In this document: positions 25,201 through 39,949 of the stretch, piece after piece
Numbering within the stretch: the stretch's first letter is position 1
Layout of the letters: each line of letters opens with the position of its first letter
NCBI RefSeq assembly: GCF_964204645.1
Contig: NC_134029.1
Coordinates: 9,574,850 to 9,638,849, forward strand
DNA: 64,000 bases
DNA from: Tubulanus polymorphus
Taxonomy: Eukaryota > Animalia > Nemertea
Direction: 5' to 3'
Made by a program: the position numbers and the translations under genes
Notes under the pieces: model-generated
Databases searched by the model: none
Told to the model about the DNA's origin: nothing
Seen by the model: only the letters and a program-made list of their open reading frames with translations

Positions 25201-28200
25201 CAATGGGACCAATGACTCAGTTGAGAGAGTCAGTCCGTACCATGTTCTACTTACCTGACTGATATCGCTACACCATGCTGCCTTTTCTTGTAGCGTTGAA
25301 GCGACCAATGTGATTGTGACTGGCGGTCCACTTTTTGTATCGACTATAATCCGGAAGTCGAGGCCATTGTAGTCGATGCTTGATCGATGTTCACATGACT
25401 GCGTCGATAGGAGGTTCGCCTGTGAGCCGGCACTCATACTGGAATCTATGGAGCACGCTGGAATAAGAGTGGGGGTTCGGGAATACACGTGACACTGTAG
25501 TGACATGCTGAATGCTTTGCAGAGACCTTATGTACTCTGTAACTATTAAATTTATCAGAAATCATTCTTATTCACCAATCCTAATCTACGAACAGAGCGA
25601 CTACAAAAATCTGCACTCACACATCTATTTCAACCTCAAATTTAAACAAAAACCTAACATTTTTGTATGTATATGTATAAGCCACTAAGTTATTGCAGTG
25701 TAATTTGAATTCTGCACATATTCGTGAGAATTGAAGCTGAAAATCTTTTGAGACAGTTGGTGCGTTCAATGATTGTGCCTGCAAAAATGATTGTGCCTGA
25801 TTTTTCCGCATCATCCTATCAAAACGAATGAGCCAGTGAATTCCATGCCACATATTATGTGATCTTAAATCAATAATAATAATAATGATAATAATAATAG
25901 GTGAAATGTAATAATATGAATATGATATTGTAAATATATAATTATCAGCATGTCACTCATAACAACAATGAAAGCCACCAAAGCAATTTGACTCGATGGT
26001 TTTTATAAAAATAAACTTGCGATATAGGATAATCCAGATAACTAGGTTACATTTTACTATAAGTCTAAAGAATTGTATTGTGAAACGTTTCGATATGTAA
26101 GTATATATAAGTATATGTAATTTACGACAATGCATTCAATAGTATCAAGATCAAGAGTTATACATAGTCCGAATCAGTTTAAGCAATTTTCATGTTATAC
26201 CAAGGGCCGGGAAGGTTGTAGCATTACAATGCAAGAGAATAAACAAGGGAAAATGACCATGATCAGAAACAATATAGTAAGCATGTACACTGTATGTACA
26301 TGCATGCTTCTGTCTGCACCAGTCAGTCTGTGTCAATGAAACTCATTCTGACAATGATTGGAATCTACTTTACTGAATAATCAGTGAATTCTCACTACAT
26401 TTGCAGGTGAACTATGCTAACTAGTGATTTAAAATAATACAGAAAACCTCTGTTGAACAATACTTTAACATAGCGGAAACGAATACAAACCAGCCACTTT
26501 CGGTATCCTGTAAAACTTCGCTGGTTGGCATTTAGTAATTTCACTATATGCACTTACAGTACTAAATTAAGCAGTATTCTTCATACAGAGGTTTTAGTGT
26601 ATTTTGTGCAGCCATACTTAGAAGCCTACGCATATCTGACTGGTGAACACTTGAGCATTTGAATATTCAAGAAGTTTTTCAACATCTAATGACATAAAAG
26701 CTTCCATGCACTAGTTTTCCCATCATATTTCTCCTCAATAAAGCACTTTCTTAATATCAAATGTGCTCCACACCCAAGAATTTACGCCTTGTAGGTTAGT
26801 CAATCAGCAGGATATTTGTTTACATTCCCCTGTTGGGGAGTTGTTAAGTTTTTTCTTTACTTACTATCCTCCTCAAAAAAGAAGACGTCTGACGTTGAAT
26901 CTTCAACTAACGTACAATCAGCTAATGGAATTTTTCCATAATTCTGAAAATGATGATGCAAACTACATTCTCACACTGATTTCACACATCAAAATTCCAT
27001 AACTCAATATTTGATGCTACTATCATATTCTTACGTATTATACCTGTCAATTCTATGTAAAATGTTCAACAAAACATCATATTTGAAACATCAAATTTGA
27101 TCTTGGATATACTGTAAAAACCAAGTCACTATCACTTCCTTATGAAACGTATGAAGGTTGACAATCAATTTTGGTCAATAAAGAAGTTTCCAGTTTCTAG
27201 GCGCCATTTTGTGGCGGTCCCTCAAGGTTCCCATTGTTGCGATAATTTGCGTTCATTTTTAAAACATAAGTTTTGATTGAATGTCATATAGCTCTGCAGT
27301 CCCTTGCTTGATTAAATTCATTTATAGACCATTTTAAAGGAAATTAAATGCAGATATTTGCGCCAGCGATTCTTGGATTTTTTTTAACGCAACAATTAAG
27401 AGCAGTGACGATTGTGTAACCAAGGACCGCATATTTCAACCGTGCGTAAAAAAATTGCAATTTCTACAGATTTTGAAATATCTAAGTGGTTATTAAAGCT
27501 AGATTCCCCATCTTTTCTGAGGTTAAAGAGCGTTATTTGCAGGTTTAGCCTGGGTTGAAAATTTTTAAATATCTTTCCTGACGACTGATCTGTAACCACT
27601 AGAGTTTGAGGGGATATTTTGAGATTATAATTCCAATCTTGTTTGTACAACGTTTGGCGGGAGCATTCGTTTAAGCTTGCTTTCGCGATCCGGTTTTTCC
27701 CACTATTGAAGTTTGAACCGCGCAGTTTAGGAATTGTCATATGCAGTTCGTCCAGCTTAGCGCCGATTTTGTGTTCGGTGAAATCATGGACTCGTTTGGA
27801 GTCCATGGTGAAATGGGGGCTATCAATTCAAACGCTTATGACATGTTAAAAACATAAGTCTCTCTCGTAATCCCTCATTCTGGGATCATACGATGAATTT
27901 ACTGAACATCGACTTTCTTGCTGGAAAACATGACCAGAAAACCTTACTGATATCAAATTCCAATATCATGAATATCATATCTGTCCCCCATTTAATAATC
28001 TGTTTTAGAGGATCAACATCCATTTTTGCAACATTCAACTGAACCACATATTCAAAAACATATAAAAACCTTGATTTTGTTCTAAAGTCTCCAACCATGA
28101 GCGGTACATTCTGTTCAAACGCAAAGATAGGCTCTCAACTAGGTCATTTTCGTATCCAACACAGAAAGTACCCTTTCTTACAAGAAATCCTTTAATTTTC

Positions 28201-31200
28201 CGACGCTACAAAACTCGTATTCCTCAAAGCACTCATAGTCCATTTTCAACCATACGAAATTAAAGGTAACATATAACCTTAAGAAGCAATATTGATAACT
28301 AAAAACCAGTATAAAATTGTATATTTGCCATTTCCATTCCCAAATCTCAATGTTCAGTGAAATAGCTGTGCGCAGTGGGAGACCCCTTTGGCGCGTAATC
28401 TCAAACTCTATCGATAACAGATCAGTCATCAGGAAAGATATTTAAGAAATTTCAACGCAGGCCAAAACTGCAAATAACGCTCTTTAACCTCAGTAAAAAT
28501 GGGAAAATATAGCTTTAATAACCACTTTGATATTTCAAAATCTATAAAAATCGCAATTTTGAACCCATTAACCCTGGATTGATGAGACCAGTGACCGGCG
28601 GCTTAAACTACATGGCCACTCTGGCAACTAACAGTCATCAAGTGTTAAGTCTTCAAGGATTATTTCTTCATTAGATCATATATTTGAGAGTTATTCTAAT
28701 AGTGTGGCGATTAATTCTGTGGTCAATATCAACAGGGCACATGTGTTGTACATACCTTGGCTAAGTGTAACCTGCCATTCGATGCTCGACTAGTGAGTAA
28801 CATGTGATATGTAAAAAGGAATACTTGTCTGACGACTTCTTTCTTCGATTCTTTGAAAGAAGAACTGAATGAGCCAAGGCGACCCCTGGATGACTTTCGA
28901 CCATCATTCAAAACGTGAAGAAGTGATCCTAAAAAAGCAAGGTTCATAGGCGTGAAAGATATCACTAATTAGAGTTTTATATACTAATCACTAGTATATA
29001 AAATTATTAGTATATACTAATAATTTAAGTTTTATATGCCTTGTTTAATCATGTATATCCACCTGACATCCTCAAAAAACCTCCCTAACCCAACTCCAGC
29101 ATCAACATCTTGTCAAAAATTTTTGAAAACAAAGATGGCCACCAGTCAGCCATATGGCATTGTGACCTAGATTGATCTACTGGTACATACTGTTATCTAA
29201 CATTCTCTGAAATATCAAGGTTCAACATAAAAAATCTTTACAGTTATACACCAAAATTAAAATCTCTGGAAACAAAGACGGCTACCAGGCATTTAAAAAA
29301 ATTGGCTTTAAAAAAATGATATTTTGTATTCAGATTTTCGCAAATACCTCCTGTAAATTTAAACGAGGCCATTTTTAAAAACTCAGTTCCATAGGAATTG
29401 GAGAGTGGATAATGCTTTAATGAATGATTTGTATAAATATATGCTTAGTTGATCAGTCAAAGGGGCCATAGCTCTGGAAACCATGGCATTTAAATTTGCT
29501 CCATTTCTAAAGTAATAGGCTCAGCCTACGGTTGGCCTAAAAATGGTAACAGTGGGATTTGATCCAATTAACTTAGGATAAACTAGAAACACAAGATGTT
29601 TAATTTCCCTTAAGAAATCAACATCTTTCTATTCGAAATTCTCAAGTATTTGTAGTATGAACATAACAGATCAAAGGTTTGGATGAATTTCAGGGGGAAA
29701 AAGGTCCAATTTTGTGGTCCACTTCATCAAATCATACAAGCAAATGAATGCATCGTGGGTTTACAATAAAATCATACAAACTTGTAACATAAAGATCAAC
29801 TGGAAATGAGCAATTCTGTTTTAAAATCAATGTAGATTTTTCTTTAAACTTTCTGAGTCAAAACAGATATTACATAGTGAAATTCCTCAGTGCTAATGGG
29901 TAAGCAGGGGTTCAAATTTCTGTGAAAAAAAAAAAAAAACCGATGGCCACTGATTGTGGGGTTGACTATCATACATGAATATACGGTACATGTCTCAGCC
30001 AAAATCCTTCTGATATGTAAAAAATTAAACTCTTTGGGTCTGTATTGCATAGTACTTAAACGCTCATCATTTTTGCCAACATTCAATGACACAAGGATAG
30101 TGTCTTAATGGGGAAGGCAGGTGAGACTCCCACAATAGGAATAAGTAAGTACTATATTCAGGAATACATATTTTAGTCCCAAAAATTGTAATATTTCCAT
30201 CAGGTATTGTATCCTTTCCTATGGTCTTAGCAAGACTAGTCCAGCACAAAGATGGTGGTGGCCAGTGAACCAAATCAAAGCTTGCTTGCAAGGTAGTAGG
30301 AAAAGAAACGGTGTCCACCAGAGCAAAACCACAAGAACAATTACTCAACTAGAAATATTTAAACATGCGGTCCGTTTTCCTGCCCAGGTAGGTTTGAATG
30401 ACAAAGATTGTTTTTCATTGGACTGACTGAGACAATAACCCTGATAGATCATGTTTTGCTTGTTTACAACTGTCAGAGACTGTCAAGTAAAGATAGGCTG
30501 AAAGTCTTCGAGAGATCCGTCAATTGATCATGATGATGAGCCCCAAGGGGCACTACGCTTTTCATAAATTGAATGATCCGCAATGTTTGGGTTATATTTG
30601 TTAACCCCGATCAATTGACAATAGACAATTGACGTGTTTATAAGTAACAGTACTAACAGAGACACTGGGCTGGCACGAACGAATACCTAAGATCAATCTT
30701 AACGGATTGTCTAATGAATAAATTTGAATGTAGAATAAAATAAAATTGAATTTGATGAATTTGATTTTTTTGCTCAATCAAGTTAAATTGACTTGGATTT
30801 GATATTTTTGCGGAATAAAATTTCATTGATTTTGCAATCTGTGCACATGGCTAATCTGCATATCATGGTCATCAATCCGATTTGAGAAAAAACTTTCCGG
30901 AACAATTGTCAAGGATGAATATTTAGAAGTGCAAATAGAACTTCCTCTCAAAAACCAAATTTACTTATTGTATCACAGGCATCACTCTTGAAATACAATC
31001 TTAAATCTTATAATTAAACCTGGAAATAAAACAGTCGTCGGTACTGCGGATTCACATGAAAACCTTGATGACTTCTGCGGGTAAGCAAAGAGGAGACGAT
31101 GCTTTCTGATTGGCTTTTTTAAACTGACAGTTTTGCGTTCATATTTTCATGAAACATCTGCTGTAAATTTCAACAAGGCCCTTTTTCAAAATTCAATTTG

Positions 31201-34200
31201 AATTCCCTCCATTTGTATAGTAATAGGCTCAGCATACGGCTGGCCTAAAAATCACTTTCCGATGTTACTCTTGCATCATTTTGTTTATTTCATCAACACA
31301 CAGCGGCAAGATAATTCAACCTCGTGTCTGCTATATAGTACGTTTGTATGCACCCGGTCAGCATTCAGCAGTGTGTGCTTCAGTGATGATAGTATGAACA
31401 GCACTCTCACACATCGGTAGCACACACTTATTAGCCTCTTACATCTGACAAACTGTCAAGCGCGCTCAACATAGCAGTGCCGTGCCGTCAATATGTGCCA
31501 TAGTCTAGCAATAATCTTACAAAGTATCCTGTTAATTTTTTACATCAAATGATGGAAATATTGGACAGCCCAATATACTTGATCTAACATTCAATAGAAC
31601 AAATAAGTTGTATACTGCGAAAAGTGTTGACATTATGTTGTTACAAAGAAAACTGAACGGTAAGAATTTGACTGACCTAGGAGACAACATGACGTCATTT
31701 GAACAGGATAACAAAGTAGTCGTTCACTACGTGAACCAACCACAAAGATAACAACAGGAATTTCAGAACATTATATACGAAGCTTGCTATATAGCCTGCT
31801 CTGAAAAGCCCGAAGCTGACAAGGATCGCTTGAAAACAGCCAGGTGAGCACATTTAACCACAGGGTTTTTTGGTGCCGCCAATCCTTCCTCTGAGGCATA
31901 AGTTATGGGAAGAGTTGGGAAAACCCTCATATTGTCATACAGAAGGTTGAGGAGCAGGTGAAACCATTTCAGAGCTGGCCAACATGAAGCCACAAAAACT
32001 AGATTGCAGTTGATGGATCTCTCCTCTAGATCCACTACAAAGGCATGGGATGGCATCCAAGGAAACAAGTATGCGTGTATCCATCTCTGATCAATCCCAG
32101 GAGAAAGCACATAGTCCCCCACGCCTCATGCATGTTTCAGGTTCAAGGACGACACCCATTGATCGTTTCCCTGAATTTAAGAATGTCCTGGGTACCGATC
32201 AAAGGACAGAACTTTCAGTTTTCAGAATTCTTCAGAAAGAGCATTCCCTGATCAGTCCAAGGCCCTGATCAGTCCAAGGCAGCTACTAAAGGCTGGCTTG
32301 TGTCGCCAAGCGACTCGACCCCTACTGACGCAACTCGATTTATCACCGATTAACAGCAGTTGCTGCTCTATCAGTTCGACATAAGCCGGCTTGCAACAAA
32401 AACCTGATGCCTACCGACTTGTCGCAAGCCATATCTTGAAGATCTTAAAGAGATAGCTTTTCAACTGGAAATATATTTCCCATTAATTCAAAGTAACTTG
32501 AATTTATTCTCAAAATGCTTTTCATGTGACCATCGGAGGCGGTGCAGTTGCTAGCAATCATAACCGACATAAGCAGGGAAGCAACCAGGCGGATCTCGTA
32601 TCCCGTTTATCGGCCACAGTTGTTGGAATAGGAACACAGTCGATATAAGCTGTTGCAATTGCAGTTGCTCTCAGTTGTGTCGGTAGGAGTCAGTAGGAGT
32701 CAGTAGGCGTTGCGTCGCTTGTCGACATGACCTGCCTAACTCAATGACTACGTTAAGCCGATGTCAGCGGCTCGCCGGTATTTACCATTGCATACGGAAA
32801 GCTGATGAGAGCGGCTTTCATGATGTCACAAATGTAAACACTGCCTACATTCAAACTACACATGATTTTAACCAATCAGAATGCAAGTAAACACTATTAT
32901 CATAAATTATGTGAGGGAATTCCATGGAATCCCCTACGCAACGTGTCATAGACACTATTGATCATGGGAAGTACCAGAGGGGGAATCCCCTGTCAACCAA
33001 AATGGCGGAAATTCCATCTGCTTCGCGCGATTTTGAATTTGGGTATTCCGGAGTGAATGAGTTAATGCGTGCTTCAAGCCCTCAACTACAGCAATCTTTC
33101 TCCCCAACTGGTCAGAATAGTCTTCCTATTGAGACAAGATTTGCCTGTCCATAGCTAGATAATGAGATGGCATGAGACGGACCAGACCAGCGATTGCATA
33201 TCCCAATCCCTCCCTTCCCATTTCAACTCCGGATTGTGAAAGCAATAGATGGCCGTGAGAGCTTAATGCAACTCACCCATAAGGACCACTAATAACCATG
33301 TCCTGATTCCACCCTGGCAAGGTTATCCAGGAAGGACCATCATAGCTATTACTCCTGATTTTTGCCTGACAACCAAGCTATTCTGCATAAATCCAAATCC
33401 AGGCACACATGACCATGATCAACACCTGGAGTGGTATAATATGACCTGCCGACGTATCTAACCATACCCACTTTTCAGAGACTGCAGAAGATTCTCAAAA
33501 AACATTCACTTCAGAGACTAGGGCTATTAGGTCTCCATTGGCTCCCTAGCAAGGGGAGCTGAAGAGGGATAAGCATGTGTTACTCCATGTTTGACAAAGA
33601 ACTTGTCTATAATGATCTGAATGACATATCCCCTGTCGGCACTGTAAGTACACAGCAGGAAGGAGGTACCGATCGCTGAACAGGAGGGTATATAAGGGAA
33701 GACCCTTGGAGGCAGTCTGGGATCAGAGAACAGAACAAGAACTTAATTTACCTTTGAAGGGTCCTCTTCATTAAAATAGGATCCCACTGGAGCATCCAGG
33801 ACTTAAGAGTCCAAATAGAATGTAAATCAGCCCAGAAGACATGGCTCATATCTCTGCTCCACGATTCTGCCCTTAAGGGAGTGGCATTATCCGGAGTGAT
33901 TACATCTATTTCGTTCGTGAAGATGGTGATCTACCATCCTGGATGAAACAGTAACCACTAGTGGGCATACGGGAAAATCATTAGCAATTAGTCCAAACTC
34001 AGAGAATATTGGCAAAAACCATAGGTAAGGATACAGTACTTTTAAGGAAATGTCCTAGCCCAAAATCTTAAAGAAGCTACAGACCTCAGAATTCAATAAT
34101 AGATGACCCTTTTTGGAAGAAAAGTGGAAAATCTTGTGTCCTATTAAGCCAATTTCTAATATGATGATGGGTCCTCTATCTTTGAAGATATATAGAGCAA

Positions 34201-37200
34201 TAATCTATCTTGATGATTTCTATGTATATGGGCCATGTATAGAACCCATCATCTGAGACTGGAGCTGTGTGTATAGTAAATACATATATGTGTATCAAGT
34301 GGACTAAAATGCATAATTTCAGGTACAAAATGTTCAGATCTTTCCAAGAAGTAATGACTAATAACATTGAGTCCAAAATCATTTTATCTAATATTTATAC
34401 CAGTTCATCATTTATCATTAGGGGGTGGGCTCATAAAGCAAATAAGACTGAAGTATATACTGATTATATACAAATGAGTACCATACTCAGATTCAATAGT
34501 GTAGGCAACAGTTTTACATTTTCACCCATATATTTAACTGTGTAGCTGCCAACATTTACAAATCGTTTGTAGCCACAAAAAGTACCATACATCATATAAC
34601 ATGTGTAGGGAAATAGGGAAATTAAAACCGTAGACTATGCCATTTTATGCATTTGGGTTAAAAATTAGATATAAGATTATGGAATGGAATTGGAAAAGCT
34701 TTTTTGTACCTTGCCGTACAAAAATTTGGTTAACATCAAGTAATATGTCACAACCTTCTACAATCATTCTTTCTATTGCCAGATTTTTTCTTATGTTCTC
34801 AGTCTCACTCACTTCATCATGCATTATCTGAAATAAAAGGTGAAAAGTCTATATCATGGACTACTTTCACAAGTGCTTATTGTGTGGTGCATCAATGCAG
34901 GTTCCAAGGTTTCTTATTGCATATATTGCTCCCACAGTTATATGAATTCAAAATTTCCCAAGTATTCATCAATTTTCCCAAAATGGAGTTGGAGCCTTTG
35001 TAAAAGCGAACATACCATCACACTAAAGGGATAGTGAGCATATTAGCGGTGACTGGTTGAAAAAGGTAATTTGAAGAAAAATTGCTGAAGTAAGTTAACT
35101 TTGGGCAAGCAATTGACATGCCAGAATTATGCTACGTTACGCGTAGAATGAATTTTTCCAAATATTTCGTAGATGAAAGGAAAATCAATTGAAATCCCAA
35201 ATATTTCCTATCATAGGCTATACTAATTTCCCAGTATGTGGGAACCATGTTATCACATCTATTAGTCCATATCTTCAAATCCCACAATTATTATCTGCAG
35301 ATACTTACATGAGACAGTTCTTCTAGGCGACTTTTCGCATATTCAAGTTTATTCCGTTCGACATGGTCATGTGGAGTATGAGCCAGCAACTCATGCAGTG
35401 TGATTATGTACCTTGGAATCTAAACACATGAAATTAAAACAAACATTATGAACTGGTATATGATGATTTAAGGTTTGGTCAAGCAAGAGCTATGCTTCAC
35501 GGTTTGTTATCTATAGCCATATTCATATAAGAGTCAGAATTACTTATCTGATACGGATATGATCATTTATTTAGACATAGCCGATTGCAGTTAATTTATT
35601 TTGGATGCGATGAAATGAGACGGGTTCATTTCACAATATGGCCAAACGATCAGTGCTTTAGGCTGAATTATCTAATACGAAACTAAGTTATGTCAACAAC
35701 AAATAAGATGTAGTTACAAACTTATTTGTATTGATGTGAGCAGAACTGTAAGCACAAAATGTTTCGGTTTTTATTGAATGAAGGCCCAAATGAAGGTCCA
35801 ATGATGGAATGATGGAACAAAGTCCACAAGAGATTGGATTAAAATATCAATTACAAAAACAATTAAATGGATTTTATGGAATTACATTATTCCACCAGTA
35901 TCAGGTAAGATATAAGATTTTAGAGCCCCTTCCCACTTTCGATGTCAATGATATTGTCTATGCTTGTAATTGCTTCTTCTTACTTTATGTCGATGACAGC
36001 CCCGACCCTAATTTGGAAACACTTCAGTCAATACAAAATGTTGAACTCACCAAACTCTGTAACTGGCTAAATTTGCTAAATTCTTAATCTGGGGGTCCAG
36101 GTATCAAGAGCTAACAGAAAGTTACATACAGAACCATTCTATTAGAATAACCACAGTTGATCCTAAAAATGTGTAAAAAGTGCTGATTTCTGAGAAAATG
36201 GCCACCCATCACGATTCTAACGGAGCCAGTTTTTGGGGTGAAGATGTGTCTAGGGTAAAATAGATACATGAATTAACCATTCATCATGACATTCCATTGA
36301 AGCGTCTTCAGCAAAACTTCCCTAAGTAACCAGATTCCATCTACAGACATCTATGATCAAACCATCGAAAAGTGAACACAATAGCCCGCTGGGACTGAAG
36401 TCCCAAGTAGCCCCGACTTAAGTCCCAATATATTCAATATCAACTTTGTTATGGGCAATGTATCGATAACTAGAAACAGAGTACTAAACTTCTGAACCCT
36501 CATATCAATATGCTATAACCATGTTCTACAGGTTGTCTCCAATGTGTTACAAAAGCTTTATTTATTAATTATAATTGAAATACATTTTTAAGATTGGTAT
36601 ACCTAGATTTTTGCTTAAGGATGGCATACCAAAATTCAATAACAAGTCATGCATGGCTGAGCATTAGGTATTTTCTAACATACATAAAAGTGGAGTTGAA
36701 CCAAAATGACAAATAAGGATTGTTCCGTAGCTTTTGTTATTTGATGAGTGACAAGCTGCCGTTCGAAACATGACAATTAAATGAAAAACAAATCAACTGA
36801 GACAGATTTCTCCTTAATAAAATTGTTGGACCTCTTTACTAATTAAGCTGCTACAGACTTGTTCAATATGGATATCATTTCACCAAAGCACAGTTCAGCT
36901 CAACGTCTCATTTCCTTCACTGAAAAACTTCAATAAAGGACCATGGGTCTAGTAGGATCAACTGAGTACATTTTTAGTTTTGAGCACAAAAATCGATTTG
37001 TTCTTGGATTTGCAATAACGGACAGCAGATAAAGATGAAATCATGGTGCACTTTGTAGCAAGCATGTTCAACTTAGATGATATACATGGTAGTGGGTTTT
37101 CCCTATGAGTCACAAGTACATGGTAGAAAACAGTTCTTGATAATGTCACTGGGAAATCTCTTCTAGAGGGATTTCCAAGTGATGCCCTTGTGAAGGGTTT

Positions 37201-39862
37201 CCTCTGTGATGTCATGAAACTAGGTCAAGCATCAATTAGTAGAACGGAGGAAAAATTCATTGAAATTTTGCACATTTTCTCCCAGCACATCCAAATGGCT
37301 TAAGGCTGGCTTATGTCCACAAGCAACGCGACGCCTACAGATGCAACTGGGTTTATTGCCGATTAGTGACACCTAGTGGCCTACAAGAGGCCGCCAGTTG
37401 CTGCTCTATTGGTTCGACATAAGCCGGCTTGCGACAGCAACCCGACGCCTACCGACTCGTTGCAAGCCGTATGCGGCTAGTTGCCCTTGTTCTACTCCAG
37501 CCGGACAGTTGCTTTCGATTGCAACCGACGTAAGCTCATCTGCGACGTGACGGAACTGAGCGCAGGGGTGCCAGCCAATCAGAGATCGCATATATAGTAC
37601 ACATAATGACAGCTAGTTAGCGTCAATCATAATTAGCCATAAACTATCAAATTCAAGTAGTTCCAAACGCAAACCAAACCTTTAGCACGGCAGATGACTG
37701 GACCAACGATCTAGAAACGAAATTGGTAGAATTATGGTGTGAGCGGCCATCTTTATATGATGTCGCTAGCACAATGTATTCAAAACAGAATCAGAAAGAT
37801 AAAGATCTTGAAGAAATAGCTTTTCTAATAGAAATATATTTTCCAATAATTTAAAATAATTAAAATTCATTCCCAAAATGCTTATCACGTGACCATCTGA
37901 GCAGTTGCAGTTGCCAGTAATCATAACCGACATAAGCAGGGAAGCAACTGGGAGGATCTCGTATCTAGGTAGTCGGCCACAGTTGCTTGGAATCGGAGCG
38001 CAGTCAATATAAGCTGGGCTGCGACCGCGTTTGCTCTCAGTTGTGTCGGTAGGAGTCAGTAGGCGTCGCATCGCTTTTCAACATAAGCCAGCCTTTAGAG
38101 CTGATGGACAAAACTTGCCATATTCGATTCCACCACCTATTTCCCTCCATATGACAAAATATCTTTTTATATCCAGTGGTTACAATTTGTGCCACCAAGA
38201 GCTACAAAAAGTTACTCTCAGAACCATTCTGTAAGGATCAACACAGTTGATCCTAAAAATGAGTAAAAATTGCTGATTTTGACAAACAAAAATGGCAGCC
38301 ATCTTGAATTGGATTGGGTCCGTTTTTGGGCTACAGATGTGTCAAGGGTAGATACATGCATAAACCCAATATCAGGACAGTCAATCGAAGTGTCTTCAAA
38401 ACTTCCCAAAATAACTGGATTCCGTTAATGGACTTATAGACTAACGAAAAGTGAATGCAATAGCCCCCTAGACCTTTACTGCCTTATTCTATATTGATAC
38501 CAGTGTATAGAATTAATCAATTTGATATGTGAATCACTTGCACTGTGCCTGAAAGGGGATTATGTAACTCCCGAAAACGTTCGCTACAATAAATATATTA
38601 AAATTAGATTTATACTGTTCTTGCTACTATGGATTTTAAACTATCTGATGTCTACACAAGATCTATACAATCTAGAATAACATGGTTCCTTATATGCTGC
38701 CAGTGAAAATATTGTTCAATGCTCATTGGTCAATTCTTAATAAAGTAAAGACTATGCAATTAGGCTACTCCTATTAACTTGATCTTAACATTGATCTGAT
38801 AAACTTGTTGAAAAATTACTGAGACAACAGATGTGTTAACTCTCCGGATTTGGTGCATTGGCAACAGCAACCGATATTATAAGATCAAGCTTTTCGTGAA
38901 AGTGGTCCTAATTTGGCGACAAAATCCTCATCAATTCACAACATTAAACCATAGGAATGAAGCAATACACTTGATGAACTCAGTTGTACAATCATGATAC
39001 AAACTGCCATTGCCAATACTAAATAAATGCATTGATAAATAAATGGCAGCCATTTTACACAACTCTGGAATGGTATTATATATTAGACATGCTTGTCAAC
39101 AGTTCCATTCATCACCTACATTTCGACTGTCATCACAAGACACTCGCTCTTATCTTCTTAATCCTCTTTTAACTATCAACATATTGGATTTGGAAGGGTT
39201 CTTATTATTTCTCGTGTCAAAAAAATATGAATAAATCTCATGTACCGCAGATGGACTTGTGAAGAAAAATCATAACTGCTACCGACTTATTCGACCCTGA
39301 ATTACATTCCAAGAACTTTTTTTCAATCTTGTATAAGGATTTTGAAAATATACATGTTAGGCGCCCATTTCATATTAGGGATATGCCCTTAACCATGCTT
39401 CCGCAAGCTCTTAAGTCACAACCCACATAAACAAACCTTTCACATAGGAATAAGAAAAAATCATAGATGATAAAGCCATGATCCAAAGATCATTTTGTCC
39501 GGGTCAAACTGGCACGAGTCAAACTTTGCCTTCATTAAAGACTGTGTTCACAGGCAGAGCACTCACTCTTTGGTCGTTCCAAACCTACTCAGAATCGATC
39601 AATGAATAAACACCATACCTAATCTATACTTGGGCCAGTCTATAAAATATTCCAATACCCAATCAGTGCAAACATTACCTTACCGATAAGCAGCATAAGT
39701 TAACGTTGACTATGGATGTCAAAATTTTTATTCATTAAGTCAGTAATTGTCTCACTTAGCCCAGCTTAACAAGCATCCGTCCCAGCCATTACACCCTCCA
39801 CAATAACACAACAACAAACAATTTTCTTCATTTCTACATACACACTATGTACATTCACGTAT

Positions 39863-39949
<87 letters not shown>

